DNA of 64,000 bases from an uncultured Acidobacteriaceae bacterium (GCA_963745685.1 CAVUYH010000012.1:82808-146807), one strand, 5' to 3'. Positions 9,641 through 19,117 are shown, counted from the stretch's first letter. Made by a program: numbers and translations. The notes: generated by a model from the letters alone, not told the origin.

Positions 9641-11167
9641 ATGAGTCTTTTTCCCATGAGTTCAGGCAGGGCGCGTGTGCGTCTGTTTCAGGCGGGTGCG
9701 GCATTGGTGGCGGCAGCTTTAGTGGCCGGATGCGGCAACAACTACCGTCCGGTGGTGACGCCGATTAATCCGAGCGGCCCGTCGGCGCAGCCTATTTCCT
9801 ATGCGGTGGTGATTTCTTCGCCTTCGCCCACCACATCGGGCATCGTAACGATTCTGGACTACTCCGGCGACACGGTGATGGCGATTGCGCCCATTGGGCC
9901 GGGCCCCAGGACGTTTGTGCTGGATCAGCTCGGCGCCACAGGATACACAGTCAACAGCGACGGAACGCTGGCCAATTTTCCCATTACGACGTCGCTGCAG
10001 GCGAAGATGGTGACCTACTCCACGCTGGCCTCGAACGCGCAGCCGTTGAATTTTCTGGCGCCGTCTGCCGGGCTTTGGGCCACAGACCTGACCGGCAACA
10101 TGGTCGATATCTTTCAGTTAAGTCCCGCCTCTTTCAAGCTGGCGATTCCGGTTCCGCCAACGCCGGTCGCAATCGTCGGCAGCCCAACGCTGTCGGGCCA
10201 GCGCGAGTACGTTGTGAGCCAGAACTTTGCTGATCCGACGGGCCTGGCTTGTAACACTTCGCCTGCTACGCAGCCCACGGGTGTGATTACGCCGATCGAG
10301 ATCCAGTCCTATACGACAGATCCGCCGATTCCGGTGGGCCAGTGCCCGGTTTATGCATTGCCTAGCCCTGACACGAAGCGCATCTTCGTATTGAACCGTG
10401 GAAGCGACACGGTTTCGGTCATCAACGGGCAGACCAACGCATTGAACCAGTGCACACCGTTTATCGACGGCCAGACGGGACGCACGGTGACCTGCCATCC
10501 TACGCTGCCGCTTTCAACTGCGTCCCTTACGCCCTTGAATAAGCCGGTCAACTGCGATATCACCGCGACTCCAACCTGCGGATTTCCCGCGACCGCAGAG
10601 CCCGTTTACGCTGAGTACAACGCGGCCACGAGCCAGCTTGTGGTGGCCAACTACGCGGGCGGGACCATCAGTGTGATTGATGTGAGCCTGGATCAGTTTG
10701 GGAACGACAGCCCGACTTTCGGCACCACATATACGATTCCGGTGGGCAAGAATCCCGCCAGCGTGACCGTTCTATACGACGGCAGCCGCGCTTATACGGC
10801 CAACCAGACGGACGGCACAGTAACGATTGCCAACCTGACGAGCCATACGGTTGAGAAGACTATGACCGTGGTGGGGCATCCGCGCACGATTGTCTCCACG
10901 CAGAACTCACTGTACGGCAAGGTGTATGTCGCTTCGCCAGACTCGCCCTATGTGACCATCCTGTCGGTTGCGACTGATCTGGTGGATACCACGGTTCTGG
11001 TCCAGGGCAATGTGTTGGACATTCGCACGACAACGCAGAACGGTATCAGTGGTAATGCGAACGTTACAAGCCGAACGCCGGGATACGGCCAGCCATGCAA
11101 TATGCCGGGACTTCCGACGCCCACAGGCACCCAGACACCACTGCAGGCCTGCCAGGCGATTCCGTAA
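9641..11167 (+). CDS. YncE-like beta-propeller lipoprotein
   Basis: Lipobox LVAGC; repeated YVAN/YTAN...GTISVID and TIPVGKNP blades. Confidence 0.75.
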   Translation: MSLFPMSSGRARVRLFQAGAALVAAALVAGCGNNYRPVVTPINPSGPSAQPISYAVVISSPSPTTSGIVTILDYSGDTVMAIAPIGPGPRTFVLDQLGATGYTVNSDGTLANFPITTSLQAKMVTYSTLASNAQPLNFLAPSAGLWATDLTGNMVDIFQLSPASFKLAIPVPPTPVAIVGSPTLSGQREYVVSQNFADPTGLACNTSPATQPTGVITPIEIQSYTTDPPIPVGQCPVYALPSPDTKRIFVLNRGSDTVSVINGQTNALNQCTPFIDGQTGRTVTCHPTLPLSTASLTPLNKPVNCDITATPTCGFPATAEPVYAEYNAATSQLVVANYAGGTISVIDVSLDQFGNDSPTFGTTYTIPVGKNPASVTVLYDGSRAYTANQTDGTVTIANLTSHTVEKTMTVVGHPRTIVSTQNSLYGKVYVASPDSPYVTILSVATDLVDTTVLVQGNVLDIRTTTQNGISGNANVTSRTPGYGQPCNMPGLPTPTGTQTPLQACQAIP

Positions 11168-11172
11168 AAGCA

Positions 11173-11268
11173 GTTGACAAGTTTACGAGTTGACCAGTTT
11201 CCGGGTTCCAGGTCTTTCGTGGTGGGACACATCAACTTGTAAACTCGTCAACTAGTCAACTTGTAGAC
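11173..11268. repeat. Two facing octamer arrays (GTTKACRA type)
   Basis: GTTGACAA GTTTACGA GTTGACCA, and the reverse array TTGTAAAC TCGTCAAC TAGTCAAC TTGTAGAC. Confidence 0.85.
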
Positions 11269-12039
11269 TTGGAAACCGTCTCCAAAACGCGTGTAGATTT
11301 GCTGCTGGTTGAGCGGGGGCTCGTTCCCAGCCGCGAACGGGCGCGCGCGTACATTCTGGCGGGCCGCGTTCTCATTAACGAACAGAAAATAGACAAGCCG
11401 GGGACCGCGGTTGCCGGTGATGCAGCGGTGCGGCTGTTGGGCGACGATATGCCCTATGTGAGCCGAGGCGGGCTCAAGTTGGCGGGGGCTCTGGAGCACT
11501 GGCACATTACCGTGGAGGACAGAGCCTGCATCGATGTCGGCGCTTCGACAGGCGGATTTACCGATTGCCTGCTGCAGCATGGCGCGGCGCAGGTAACCGC
11601 AGTGGACACCGGCTTTGGGCAAATTGCGATGAAGCTTCGCAACGATCCGCGTGTCCGGCTGATGGAGCGCACGAATGCACGGCTTCTCGACGCGGGTGCG
11701 CTTGCCGCAAAGGAAGGCGAGCCTGATTTGACGCTGCTGGTGATGGACGTTTCCTTCATTTCCGCAACGCTGCTGCTGGAGCGGGTGCTGGCTGCGGCGC
11801 CGGCGCTGACGGAAGCAGTTGTGCTGGTGAAGCCGCAGTTTGAGGCGGGGCGGGAACACGTGGGCAAGGGCGGCATTGTGCGCGATCCTGAAGCGCACGA
11901 ACTGGCGATAGCCAAAGTGGCCGATTGCGTGCGCGGATTGGGATGGAATGTGGTCGAGACGATTCCGTCGCCAATTACCGGGGCAGAAGGCAACAGGGAG
12001 TTTCTGCTTTACGCCAAGCGGAGCAAGACAGCAAGTTAG
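11269..12039 (+). CDS. tlyA: TlyA family rRNA methyltransferase
   Basis: S4-like N-terminus (RVDLLLVERGL), YVSRGGLKL, DVGASTGGFTDCLLQ, MDVSFIS, VKPQFEAG and GNREFL motifs. Confidence 0.95.
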   Translation: METVSKTRVDLLLVERGLVPSRERARAYILAGRVLINEQKIDKPGTAVAGDAAVRLLGDDMPYVSRGGLKLAGALEHWHITVEDRACIDVGASTGGFTDCLLQHGAAQVTAVDTGFGQIAMKLRNDPRVRLMERTNARLLDAGALAAKEGEPDLTLLVMDVSFISATLLLERVLAAAPALTEAVVLVKPQFEAGREHVGKGGIVRDPEAHELAIAKVADCVRGLGWNVVETIPSPITGAEGNREFLLYAKRSKTAS

Positions 12040-12086
12040 CCGCGCTCCGCGCGTGTTTGCGAGTTAGCAGGTTAGCCAGTTGGCGA
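12035..12086 (+). repeat. Octamer array (GTTAGCRA type)
   Basis: GTTAGCCGCGCT (identical to 1888-1899), then GTTTGCGA GTTAGCAG GTTAGCCA GTTGGCGA. Confidence 0.75.
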
Positions 12087-12164
12087 AGCGGGCTGGAGCG
12101 CGGAGCCAATTGCAAGACCGTATATTCAACGTTTGCGCCACGCTGATCCATTACACTTGATCGC

Positions 12165-13022
12165 ATGGCTCGGGTCGCAATTGTTTCAAAACCGCACAAG
12201 GAAGAGCTGAGCCGGATTCTGCCGGAACTGGTGGAATGGCTGCGCGGGCACGGCATGGAGCCGCTGCTGGATCGCGAGGGTGCGCTGCATACGGATGCGG
12301 CTCCGGCTGCAGACCGCATCGAAATGGTGGCGTGGAATCCTGACCTTGTAATTGTGTTGGGCGGAGACGGAACGCTGCTGGCCGCAGCGCGCGTCTTTGC
12401 AGCTTCGGGCACGCCGATTCTGAGTGTGAACCTGGGCTACCTGGGCTTTCTTACAGAGATCAAGCTGGGGGACCTGTACCCTACGCTCGAAAGCTGGTGT
12501 GCGGGTTGCCACGAATTGGACGAGCGGACGATGCTTCACGCTGCGCTGTGGCGCGATGGTAAGCAGCACTCCTGCTATGAAGCGCTCAATGAAGTGGTGG
12601 TATCGAAAGGCGATATTGCCCGCATGGGCGAGTTCGCAGTAGAGCTCGATGGCAAAAGCGTGGCGCGGTTCCGGGCCGACGGTGTGATTGTGTCCACGCC
12701 TACCGGATCCACGGCCTACACTCTGGCGGCAAACGGTCCAATCCTGACACCGGATGTGGATGCGCTGGTGGTGACGCCGATCTGCCCTCATCTGCTGACG
12801 CTGCGTCCAATCGTTGTGCGCGGCGACGCGAGTTTGAATGTGAAGGTAGTTGGAATTCCCAACCTGGCGCTGTTGACGGTGGACGGCCAACAGGCTGTGG
12901 AGTTGCGGCTCGAGGACGAACTCCGCTGCCGTCGTTCGCAGCATACGGTAAAGCTGGTGCGCATGAACGAAAGCGGCTTCTTTGAAGCGCTGCGAAGCAA
13001 GCTTAGCTGGGGAGAGCGGTAA
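12165..13022 (+). CDS. nadK: NAD(+) kinase
   Basis: LGGDGTLL, NLGYLGFL, ALNEVVV, ADGVIVSTPTGSTAY and PICPH motifs. Confidence 0.96.
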   Translation: MARVAIVSKPHKEELSRILPELVEWLRGHGMEPLLDREGALHTDAAPAADRIEMVAWNPDLVIVLGGDGTLLAAARVFAASGTPILSVNLGYLGFLTEIKLGDLYPTLESWCAGCHELDERTMLHAALWRDGKQHSCYEALNEVVVSKGDIARMGEFAVELDGKSVARFRADGVIVSTPTGSTAYTLAANGPILTPDVDALVVTPICPHLLTLRPIVVRGDASLNVKVVGIPNLALLTVDGQQAVELRLEDELRCRRSQHTVKLVRMNESGFFEALRSKLSWGER

Positions 13023-13026
13023 GGCA

Positions 13027-13211
13027 GTTTACAAGTTTACGAGTTGACAAGTTTCCAGGTTTCTGACGCATCGGGAACGCTTTGCTGTCGATTTTTTGGA
13101 GATATATTTCGGCTGCAAAGCGTTCAATGGCATTAAGGGTGTCGAATTCTATGCCTTGTAAACTCGTAAACCCGTCGACTTATAAACTCGTAAACTTGTT
13201 AACTTGTCAAC
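13027..13211. repeat. Two facing octamer arrays (3 plus 7 units)
   Basis: GTTTACAA GTTTACGA GTTGACAA at 13027-13050; seven reverse units at 13156-13211. Confidence 0.9.
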
Positions 13212-13216
13212 GGCCT

Positions 13217-13762
13217 TTAATGCGTTAGCTCTTGCAGCAGCACTTTGGCTTTTGCGGCGAGGGTGCTTGCTCCGTCTACATCGCCGGATTTGAGGGCTTC
13301 GCGGGCCTGCTTTAGATATTCGCGGATGTGCGCGGCGGTGGTCTGTTCCTGGTCGCTCAGCTGGCGGGTGATGCCGTTAAGACCGCGTTCGATGTCGTTG
13401 AGAGCGGTCTCCGTCTGGTCGCGGGCGCCCGCAGGGTCGCCGGAAGAGAGCTGGCCGATCGCGCTTACGGCAGGCTCACCGGAAGACGCCTGTTGCGTTT
13501 CGGGCTGGGGCGGCGTAGCGGGCTGCTTCTTGTGCCTGGGCGGCTGCTTTGCCGAATGGTACGGCAATTTAGTTTCAGAGACCTGCGGCTTGTTGGGGAT
13601 GGTAACTTCGGGCGGCGGCAACTGGGTAGGCGGCGGCTCACTTGAACTCGTGTTAATTTTGGGCGCGATCTGAGGCGCAACGGGCTTTTGGTTCCGGTGG
13701 AACCAGCACCCGGTAAGAAACAAGGGGAGTACCCACGCGACGATCTTGGCAGGCATCTTCAT
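13217..13762 (-). CDS. Pro-rich lipoprotein with helical C-terminus, last gene of the two-component operon
   Basis: Lipobox LFLTGC; 4-nt overlap with the kinase stop. Confidence 0.75.
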   Translation of the reverse strand: MKMPAKIVAWVLPLFLTGCWFHRNQKPVAPQIAPKINTSSSEPPPTQLPPPEVTIPNKPQVSETKLPYHSAKQPPRHKKQPATPPQPETQQASSGEPAVSAIGQLSSGDPAGARDQTETALNDIERGLNGITRQLSDQEQTTAAHIREYLKQAREALKSGDVDGASTLAAKAKVLLQELTH

Positions 13763-15675
13763 CCCGCAAGCCCTTTCTCAATTTCAACATGCGCCGGTTG
13801 CAGATGCCGGCGTCCCCAGTCGGTGGCTGAGAGCGGAATTCGCAATCTGAACTCCGTGCCACGTTCTGGTCTTGATTGTACGTCGATGCTGCCGTGATGT
13901 AACTGGATAATGCGGTACGTCATGGTTAGACCGATACCGCTGCCTTCCGTTTTGGTGGTGAAGTAGAGATCGAAAATTTTCTCTCGAATCTCGTCGGGAA
14001 TTCCCGTCCCTTCATCGGAGATGCGCAGGATGGCGGATTTTCTATCCTCTTCCAGAACAACTTCGAGCTTTCCGCCTTCGGGCATGGATTGTGCCCCATT
14101 TTGAATCACATTGAGGACCGCCTGTTTGAGCAGATCGGCGTCAACGTTGGCAATGAGCGGTGCGGGCGGCATCGAGGTGACGAGCTTAACGTTGCGCGTC
14201 GGCAGTTCCGCTGCGGCAAGTGACAGCACATCTCCGACGATGGTGCGCAGATCCTGCTCGCGCAATTCCAGCTCGACGGGTCGCGAGAAATCTACCAGCA
14301 TCTGCACCACGCGATCGAGCCGGTGAATTTCGCTTTCGATTACTTCGAGGTGGCGAGCCGCGGGTGGGCTGGTGTCGCCCAGCTTGTTTTTGAGCAGTTC
14401 GAGGTGCACGACGATGGCGTTGATGGGGTTTTTAACTTCGTGCCCGACGCCGGAGGTAAGTCGGCCGATGGCTGCCATGCGACGCGAGAGTTCGAGCTCC
14501 GATTCAATCGCTTCAGCGGTTTCAAGATCGTGCAGCGTAACCAGGGCGCCCAGACCTTGCCGGGTATTTTCGTCGTGGATAAATTCGAGTGAGGCCTGGA
14601 TGCGGTGCCCCGCGTCTGTGCGGACTTCTTCATTCACCAGCGTCGCTCCTGCGTCGTAGGCGTCGCCCAGAAAGCGGCCGAGCACGGTAGAGGAGTTAAA
14701 GAGGTCGTGTGCGTGAAGGCCAAGGATGGATTCGCGGGGAAGCTCGAGGAATCGACGGGCTGCTTCCGACACAAGCACGGCGCGGCCGTCGGCGGTGAAC
14801 AGCACGATGCCGTCCTGCAGGTTGCCGAGAATCTGATCGAGGTTCTCCTTCAGCGCAGAGAAGACTTCTTCAACATTGCGCATGCGCTGGCCAATGCGCT
14901 CGATCTTGGTGGATACCTGCGCGGCCGTGTCCAGATTGGGGCGTGGCTTGGGCTCGTTTGCCGGCAATGATTCGCCGGCTGCAGTCGCGGCGGAGGTCCA
15001 GTAGTCGAGGCGGCGGCTGATCCGCTCCATCGGCTCAAGCGCGATATTACTCAGCAGAAAGGCGGCCATCAGCGCGGTAATGAGCGCAGCGCCCATTAGC
15101 GACACAGCCTCCGTTCGCCAGGGCGCGTAAAAGGCTGCCAGCAGCGTGGTGCGGATGCCGACGTGAACCGTGGCGAACGGCTCACCGTTGTTATCGAGGG
15201 GAACGACGACGTCGTAAACCCGGGGCGGGCCAAAGATCAGGGGAATCAGTTGGAACGAACTCGTATTGAGCAACTGTGTGAAGTCAGGCCTGACGGGGAG
15301 CGGCTTGTCTTCATTCTCCGGTGAAGTGCTCAACAACGTAATGGAATGGCTGTCGCCAATGTTGACGTCGTAAACAGTGAGCGAATAGAGGTTTACGGAG
15401 TGAACCACCGACTTCAGTTCATCGTTGCTGCGCACGGCGGAAACCATCAGCGCGCGAAGCTCGCCGGGATCATTGGGGTTGACCGTCTGGTCGCGGAGAG
15501 CTTCAAGCGCGTGTTGAAGTGCGAACCTGATCTGCTCTGCCACCATCAGATTCGTGTCATACGACTGCTTGACAGCGGCATTCAGCATCTGGCTCGCGTA
15601 GATCAGCGACTCCGCCGCCGCGATGATGAACACCAGGGCCGTGATGGCCAGAACGAGTTTGGTCTTTAGACGCAT
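13759..15675 (-). CDS. Membrane sensor histidine kinase with PAS domain
   Basis: Two TM segments, H-box GHEVKNPI, N-box NVIQNGAQS, DEGTGIP, FTTK and GSGIGL motifs. Confidence 0.93.
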   Translation of the reverse strand: MRLKTKLVLAITALVFIIAAAESLIYASQMLNAAVKQSYDTNLMVAEQIRFALQHALEALRDQTVNPNDPGELRALMVSAVRSNDELKSVVHSVNLYSLTVYDVNIGDSHSITLLSTSPENEDKPLPVRPDFTQLLNTSSFQLIPLIFGPPRVYDVVVPLDNNGEPFATVHVGIRTTLLAAFYAPWRTEAVSLMGAALITALMAAFLLSNIALEPMERISRRLDYWTSAATAAGESLPANEPKPRPNLDTAAQVSTKIERIGQRMRNVEEVFSALKENLDQILGNLQDGIVLFTADGRAVLVSEAARRFLELPRESILGLHAHDLFNSSTVLGRFLGDAYDAGATLVNEEVRTDAGHRIQASLEFIHDENTRQGLGALVTLHDLETAEAIESELELSRRMAAIGRLTSGVGHEVKNPINAIVVHLELLKNKLGDTSPPAARHLEVIESEIHRLDRVVQMLVDFSRPVELELREQDLRTIVGDVLSLAAAELPTRNVKLVTSMPPAPLIANVDADLLKQAVLNVIQNGAQSMPEGGKLEVVLEEDRKSAILRISDEGTGIPDEIREKIFDLYFTTKTEGSGIGLTMTYRIIQLHHGSIDVQSRPERGTEFRLRIPLSATDWGRRHLQPAHVEIEKGLAG

Positions 15676-15678
15676 GAC

Positions 15679-17088
15679 TCAGTCGGCGATATTTTCTTGG
15701 CGGCTGCGGCTGTATTCCTTGAGCTTGTTGTGCAGGGTCTTCAGGCTGACGCCAAGGATTTCGGCGGCGCGCGTCTTGTTTTGTCCTGTTGCTTCGAGAG
15801 TTCGCTGGATCAGCAGACGTTCGGCCTCGTCCACGGTGGTGCCAACATGCATCGGAATCATACTCTGATTGGAGCTTTGCGCGGCAGCCGGTTGCTGTTT
15901 GGCAAAGCCCGGCGCCAGGTGTCCCACGTCGAGCGGCGCGCCGTCTGGGCATAGGATCACGGCACGCTCAACGGTGTTGCGCAGTTCGCGCACATTGCCG
16001 GGCCAGCCGTAATTCATCATGCGGTCGATCATGGATTGCGCAACGCCGGAAACGCGACGATTATGCTTCTCATTCATCTGCGCCAGTATGGTTTCCGCCA
16101 TCAGTGGCAGATCTTCCATGTGCTCGCGCAACGGCGGCATGTGAATGTTGAAGACGTTTAAGCGGTAGAAAAGGTCGGCGCGCAGATGGCCTTCGGCAAC
16201 AGCAGTGTCCGGGTCGCGATTGGTGGCGGCCAGCACGCGAACATCGATCTCCTGCTCATTGCGCGCGCCAAGGCGCCGCAGCTTGCGCTCTTCAAGCACG
16301 CGGAGAAGCTTGGCCTGCGTTCCGTTGGGCATTTCGCCAACTTCGTCGAGCAGCAGGCTGCCACCTGCGGCAAGCTCGAAGCACCCGGAACGGCGTTCCA
16401 CGGCTCCGGTGAATGCGCCTTTTTCGTGGCCGAAGATTTCACTCTCGATGAGTGTTTCAGGAATGGCCGCGCAGTTAACGCCGACGAACGGCTTGGTCTT
16501 GCGCGGGCTAAGTTCGTGCAATGTGCGTGCGACCAGTTCCTTGCCGGTGCCGCTTTCGCCGGTGATGAGCACGTGGACGTTCGAGGGTGCGATCTGCTCG
16601 ATGAGGCCGAAGATTTCGCGCATGGCCTTGGAGTTGCCCACCAGGGAGCCGAGTACGCCGCTCTCACGCAGACGGCGACGCGCTACTTCAAGCTCGATCT
16701 CAGTTTGGCGCTGGCGCGTGGCGTTGCCTAGTATGGTGCGCAGGCGTGTGGCGTCCACCGGCTTCTGCAGGAAGTCGTATGCGCCCAGCTTCATGGCCTC
16801 GACGGCGAGTTGGATGGATCCCATTGCGGTAAGTACAACAACAGACAGATTCGAGTTCAGGCCGTTGCCCTGTTCGGCCAGCCGGGTCAGCAGGCCGATA
16901 CCATCCAGACGGGGCATCTTCAAATCGGTGACCACGATGGCCGGAGTCCAAGCCAGGATCTTATCCCAGGCTTCGATGCCATCCCGCGCAGTTTCAGTGC
17001 GGTAGCCCCAGCCGGAGATCAGTTCGGCCAGGCCCATGAGCGCGTTGGGCTCGTCTTCGGCAATGAGGACTTTTACGGCATTCTGCAT
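15679..17088 (-). CDS. Sigma54-dependent response regulator (NtrC family)
   Basis: REC domain (AEDE, DLKMP), GESGTGKE, ESEIFGHEKGAFTGA (GAFTGA), FYRLNV, WPGNVREL and a Fis-type HTH; ATG at 17088 preferred. Confidence 0.95.
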   Translation of the reverse strand: MQNAVKVLIAEDEPNALMGLAELISGWGYRTETARDGIEAWDKILAWTPAIVVTDLKMPRLDGIGLLTRLAEQGNGLNSNLSVVVLTAMGSIQLAVEAMKLGAYDFLQKPVDATRLRTILGNATRQRQTEIELEVARRRLRESGVLGSLVGNSKAMREIFGLIEQIAPSNVHVLITGESGTGKELVARTLHELSPRKTKPFVGVNCAAIPETLIESEIFGHEKGAFTGAVERRSGCFELAAGGSLLLDEVGEMPNGTQAKLLRVLEERKLRRLGARNEQEIDVRVLAATNRDPDTAVAEGHLRADLFYRLNVFNIHMPPLREHMEDLPLMAETILAQMNEKHNRRVSGVAQSMIDRMMNYGWPGNVRELRNTVERAVILCPDGAPLDVGHLAPGFAKQQPAAAQSSNQSMIPMHVGTTVDEAERLLIQRTLEATGQNKTRAAEILGVSLKTLHNKLKEYSRSRQENIAD

Positions 17089-17125
17089 ATGAGTTTTGCG
17101 GCCCGTGGAATCAACTGAGTCTATT

Positions 17126-19027
17126 CTATGCATCCGCGCCGGATTGTCCGGCTTTTTCGGTTAGTTCGGCCCAACGGGCATATAGGTCGTCATTCTCCAG
17201 TTGGGCAGCATCGAGCTCTGCCAAAGCCTGCTGGAGTGCGGCGGCATCGGTGGCGATTTCCGGGTCTTCAACACGGTCGCGGGCTGCTGCAAGCCGCTCG
17301 TCGGAAGTTTCGACGTGCTGCTCGATGGAGGCGTATTCGCGCACTTCAAGATAAGAGAGCTTTCTTTTGGCAGGGTTGGCGGTCTTGGAATTCGACACGG
17401 ACGCAGGCAGGGCGCCCTCGTCGCCTTGTAACCTTGTAACCTTGTAACCTGCTTTTGGCGTCTGTGCTGACTGCTCCTGCTCGGCGATCCAGTCTTCCCA
17501 TTGCGCGTAGTCGGCAAAGCGGCCGATGTGGCCGCGGCCATCGAGACCGAGAACGATGGTTGAGACGCGGTTGAGCATGTAGCGGTCGTGAGTGACGAGC
17601 ACGAGCGCGCCGGGAAATTCGAGCAGATTGTCTTCGAGAATTTCGAGCGTGGCCAGGTCGAGATCGTTTGTTGGCTCGTCGAGGAGGAGAACGTCGGCGG
17701 GCTCAAGCATCAGCTTGGCAATGAGCACGCGGGCGCGCTCGCCTCCTGAGAGGTTGCGGACCGGTTGGTTGAGCTGTTCGCCGGTAAAGAGGAAACGCGA
17801 CGCCCAACTGGCGACGTGAATGGTGCGGCCCTGATAGTTGACGCCATCGCCCTCAGGCGCGAGAGCGCGCCGGAGCGTGAGGCTCTCGTCAAGATCGCGC
17901 ATCTGGCTCAGGTAGACAAGACGCAGTGCGTCGGCGCGGCGAATGGCGCCTTGCGCGGGCTGAATCTCACCGCGCAGCAAGCGCAGCAGCGTGGTTTTGC
18001 CGCTGCCGTTGGGGCCAACGAGACCCACCTTCATGCCGGCCGTGAGAATGAAATCGAAGCCGTCAAATAAGAGCCGCGGTTGTAAAAGCCCGGGTTGATC
18101 GGCTGCGTATTCGCCGGCGGGCACCGCGCAGGCAACGCCTTCGAACTCAACCAGCCGCTTGGTTTTGCGCTCGGAGGCTTCAAAATCAATGCCGGCGAAA
18201 TTGACGTTGGTGCGCGAGTCCATGGCCGCCAACTTGCCGATCATCGCGTTGGCTGTGTCGATGCGCGCTTTGGATTTTGTGGTGCGGGCCTTGGGGCCGC
18301 GGCGAAGCCATTCAATTTCAGTGCGGACGCGGTTGCGCAGGCTCTCCTGCTGGCGGGCTTGCGATTCGAGATACGCCTGTTTTTCTTCGAGAAATCGGCT
18401 GAAGGTCCCTTTCACGCGCAGCAGGCCCTCAGCGAATACGCGATTCAGCTCGATGATTTGCGTCGAGGTGCTTTCGAGGAAGTAGCGATCGTGACTTACC
18501 GTGACGACGGCGAATGAGGCGTTTGCGAGCAGTTCCTCCAGCCATTCAATGCCGGCAAGATCAAGGTGGTTCGTGGGCTCATCGAGCAGCAACACGTCCG
18601 GCGCGCCGATCAGGGCTTCCATGATGGCGAGCCGCTTGCGCCAGCCGCCGGAGAGCGATGCAGCCTCCGCGGTGAGGTCGTCAAAGCCGGTGCGGCCGGC
18701 CAGCTCGCGCAGACGGCCTTCACGCTCGGTTTCGTTCACGTTTGCGGCGGTTAGCGCATTCTCAAGCACTTGGCGGACCGTCAGGCCGGCAGCGAAGCGG
18801 GAGTCCTGCGGCACGTAGGCGGCGCGGGCGCGTTTGCGCACGGCGAGCTCGCCGGAATCGGGCTCCACCTGGCCGGCAAGCAGGGCCAGCAGCGTGGATT
18901 TGCCCGCGCCGTTTGGGCCGATGAGGCCGATTCGGTCGCCATCCTCAACCGTGAGCGAGATGTTTTGAAACAAGGGAGTTGCGCCGAATTGTTTAGTGAC
19001 GGATTGGATGTTGAGGATCGGGGGCAT
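17126..19027 (-). CDS. uup: ABC-F family ATPase (Uup-like)
   Basis: Two ABC cassettes (GPNGAGKST, LSGGW, DEPTNHLD; GPNGSGKTT, LSGGE, DEPTNDLD), no TM segments, C-terminal KRKLSY coiled coil; ATG at 19027. Confidence 0.85.
   Translation of the reverse strand: MPPILNIQSVTKQFGATPLFQNISLTVEDGDRIGLIGPNGAGKSTLLALLAGQVEPDSGELAVRKRARAAYVPQDSRFAAGLTVRQVLENALTAANVNETEREGRLRELAGRTGFDDLTAEAASLSGGWRKRLAIMEALIGAPDVLLLDEPTNHLDLAGIEWLEELLANASFAVVTVSHDRYFLESTSTQIIELNRVFAEGLLRVKGTFSRFLEEKQAYLESQARQQESLRNRVRTEIEWLRRGPKARTTKSKARIDTANAMIGKLAAMDSRTNVNFAGIDFEASERKTKRLVEFEGVACAVPAGEYAADQPGLLQPRLLFDGFDFILTAGMKVGLVGPNGSGKTTLLRLLRGEIQPAQGAIRRADALRLVYLSQMRDLDESLTLRRALAPEGDGVNYQGRTIHVASWASRFLFTGEQLNQPVRNLSGGERARVLIAKLMLEPADVLLLDEPTNDLDLATLEILEDNLLEFPGALVLVTHDRYMLNRVSTIVLGLDGRGHIGRFADYAQWEDWIAEQEQSAQTPKAGYKVTRLQGDEGALPASVSNSKTANPAKRKLSYLEVREYASIEQHVETSDERLAAARDRVEDPEIATDAAALQQALAELDAAQLENDDLYARWAELTEKAGQSGADA
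17424..17450 (-). repeat. GGTTACAA x3 inside the ABC-F coding sequence
   Basis: CCTTGTAA repeated three times on the + strand (24 nt, frame-preserving). Confidence 0.85.
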
Positions 19028-19117
19028 CTCTTCAAGATTACTGTGTTGGGCTGGGCACCGACGGCGGCGCTTGGACTTCGCTACAATGTATCGGCGATTA
19101 TTGGAGTAGACGCATTT

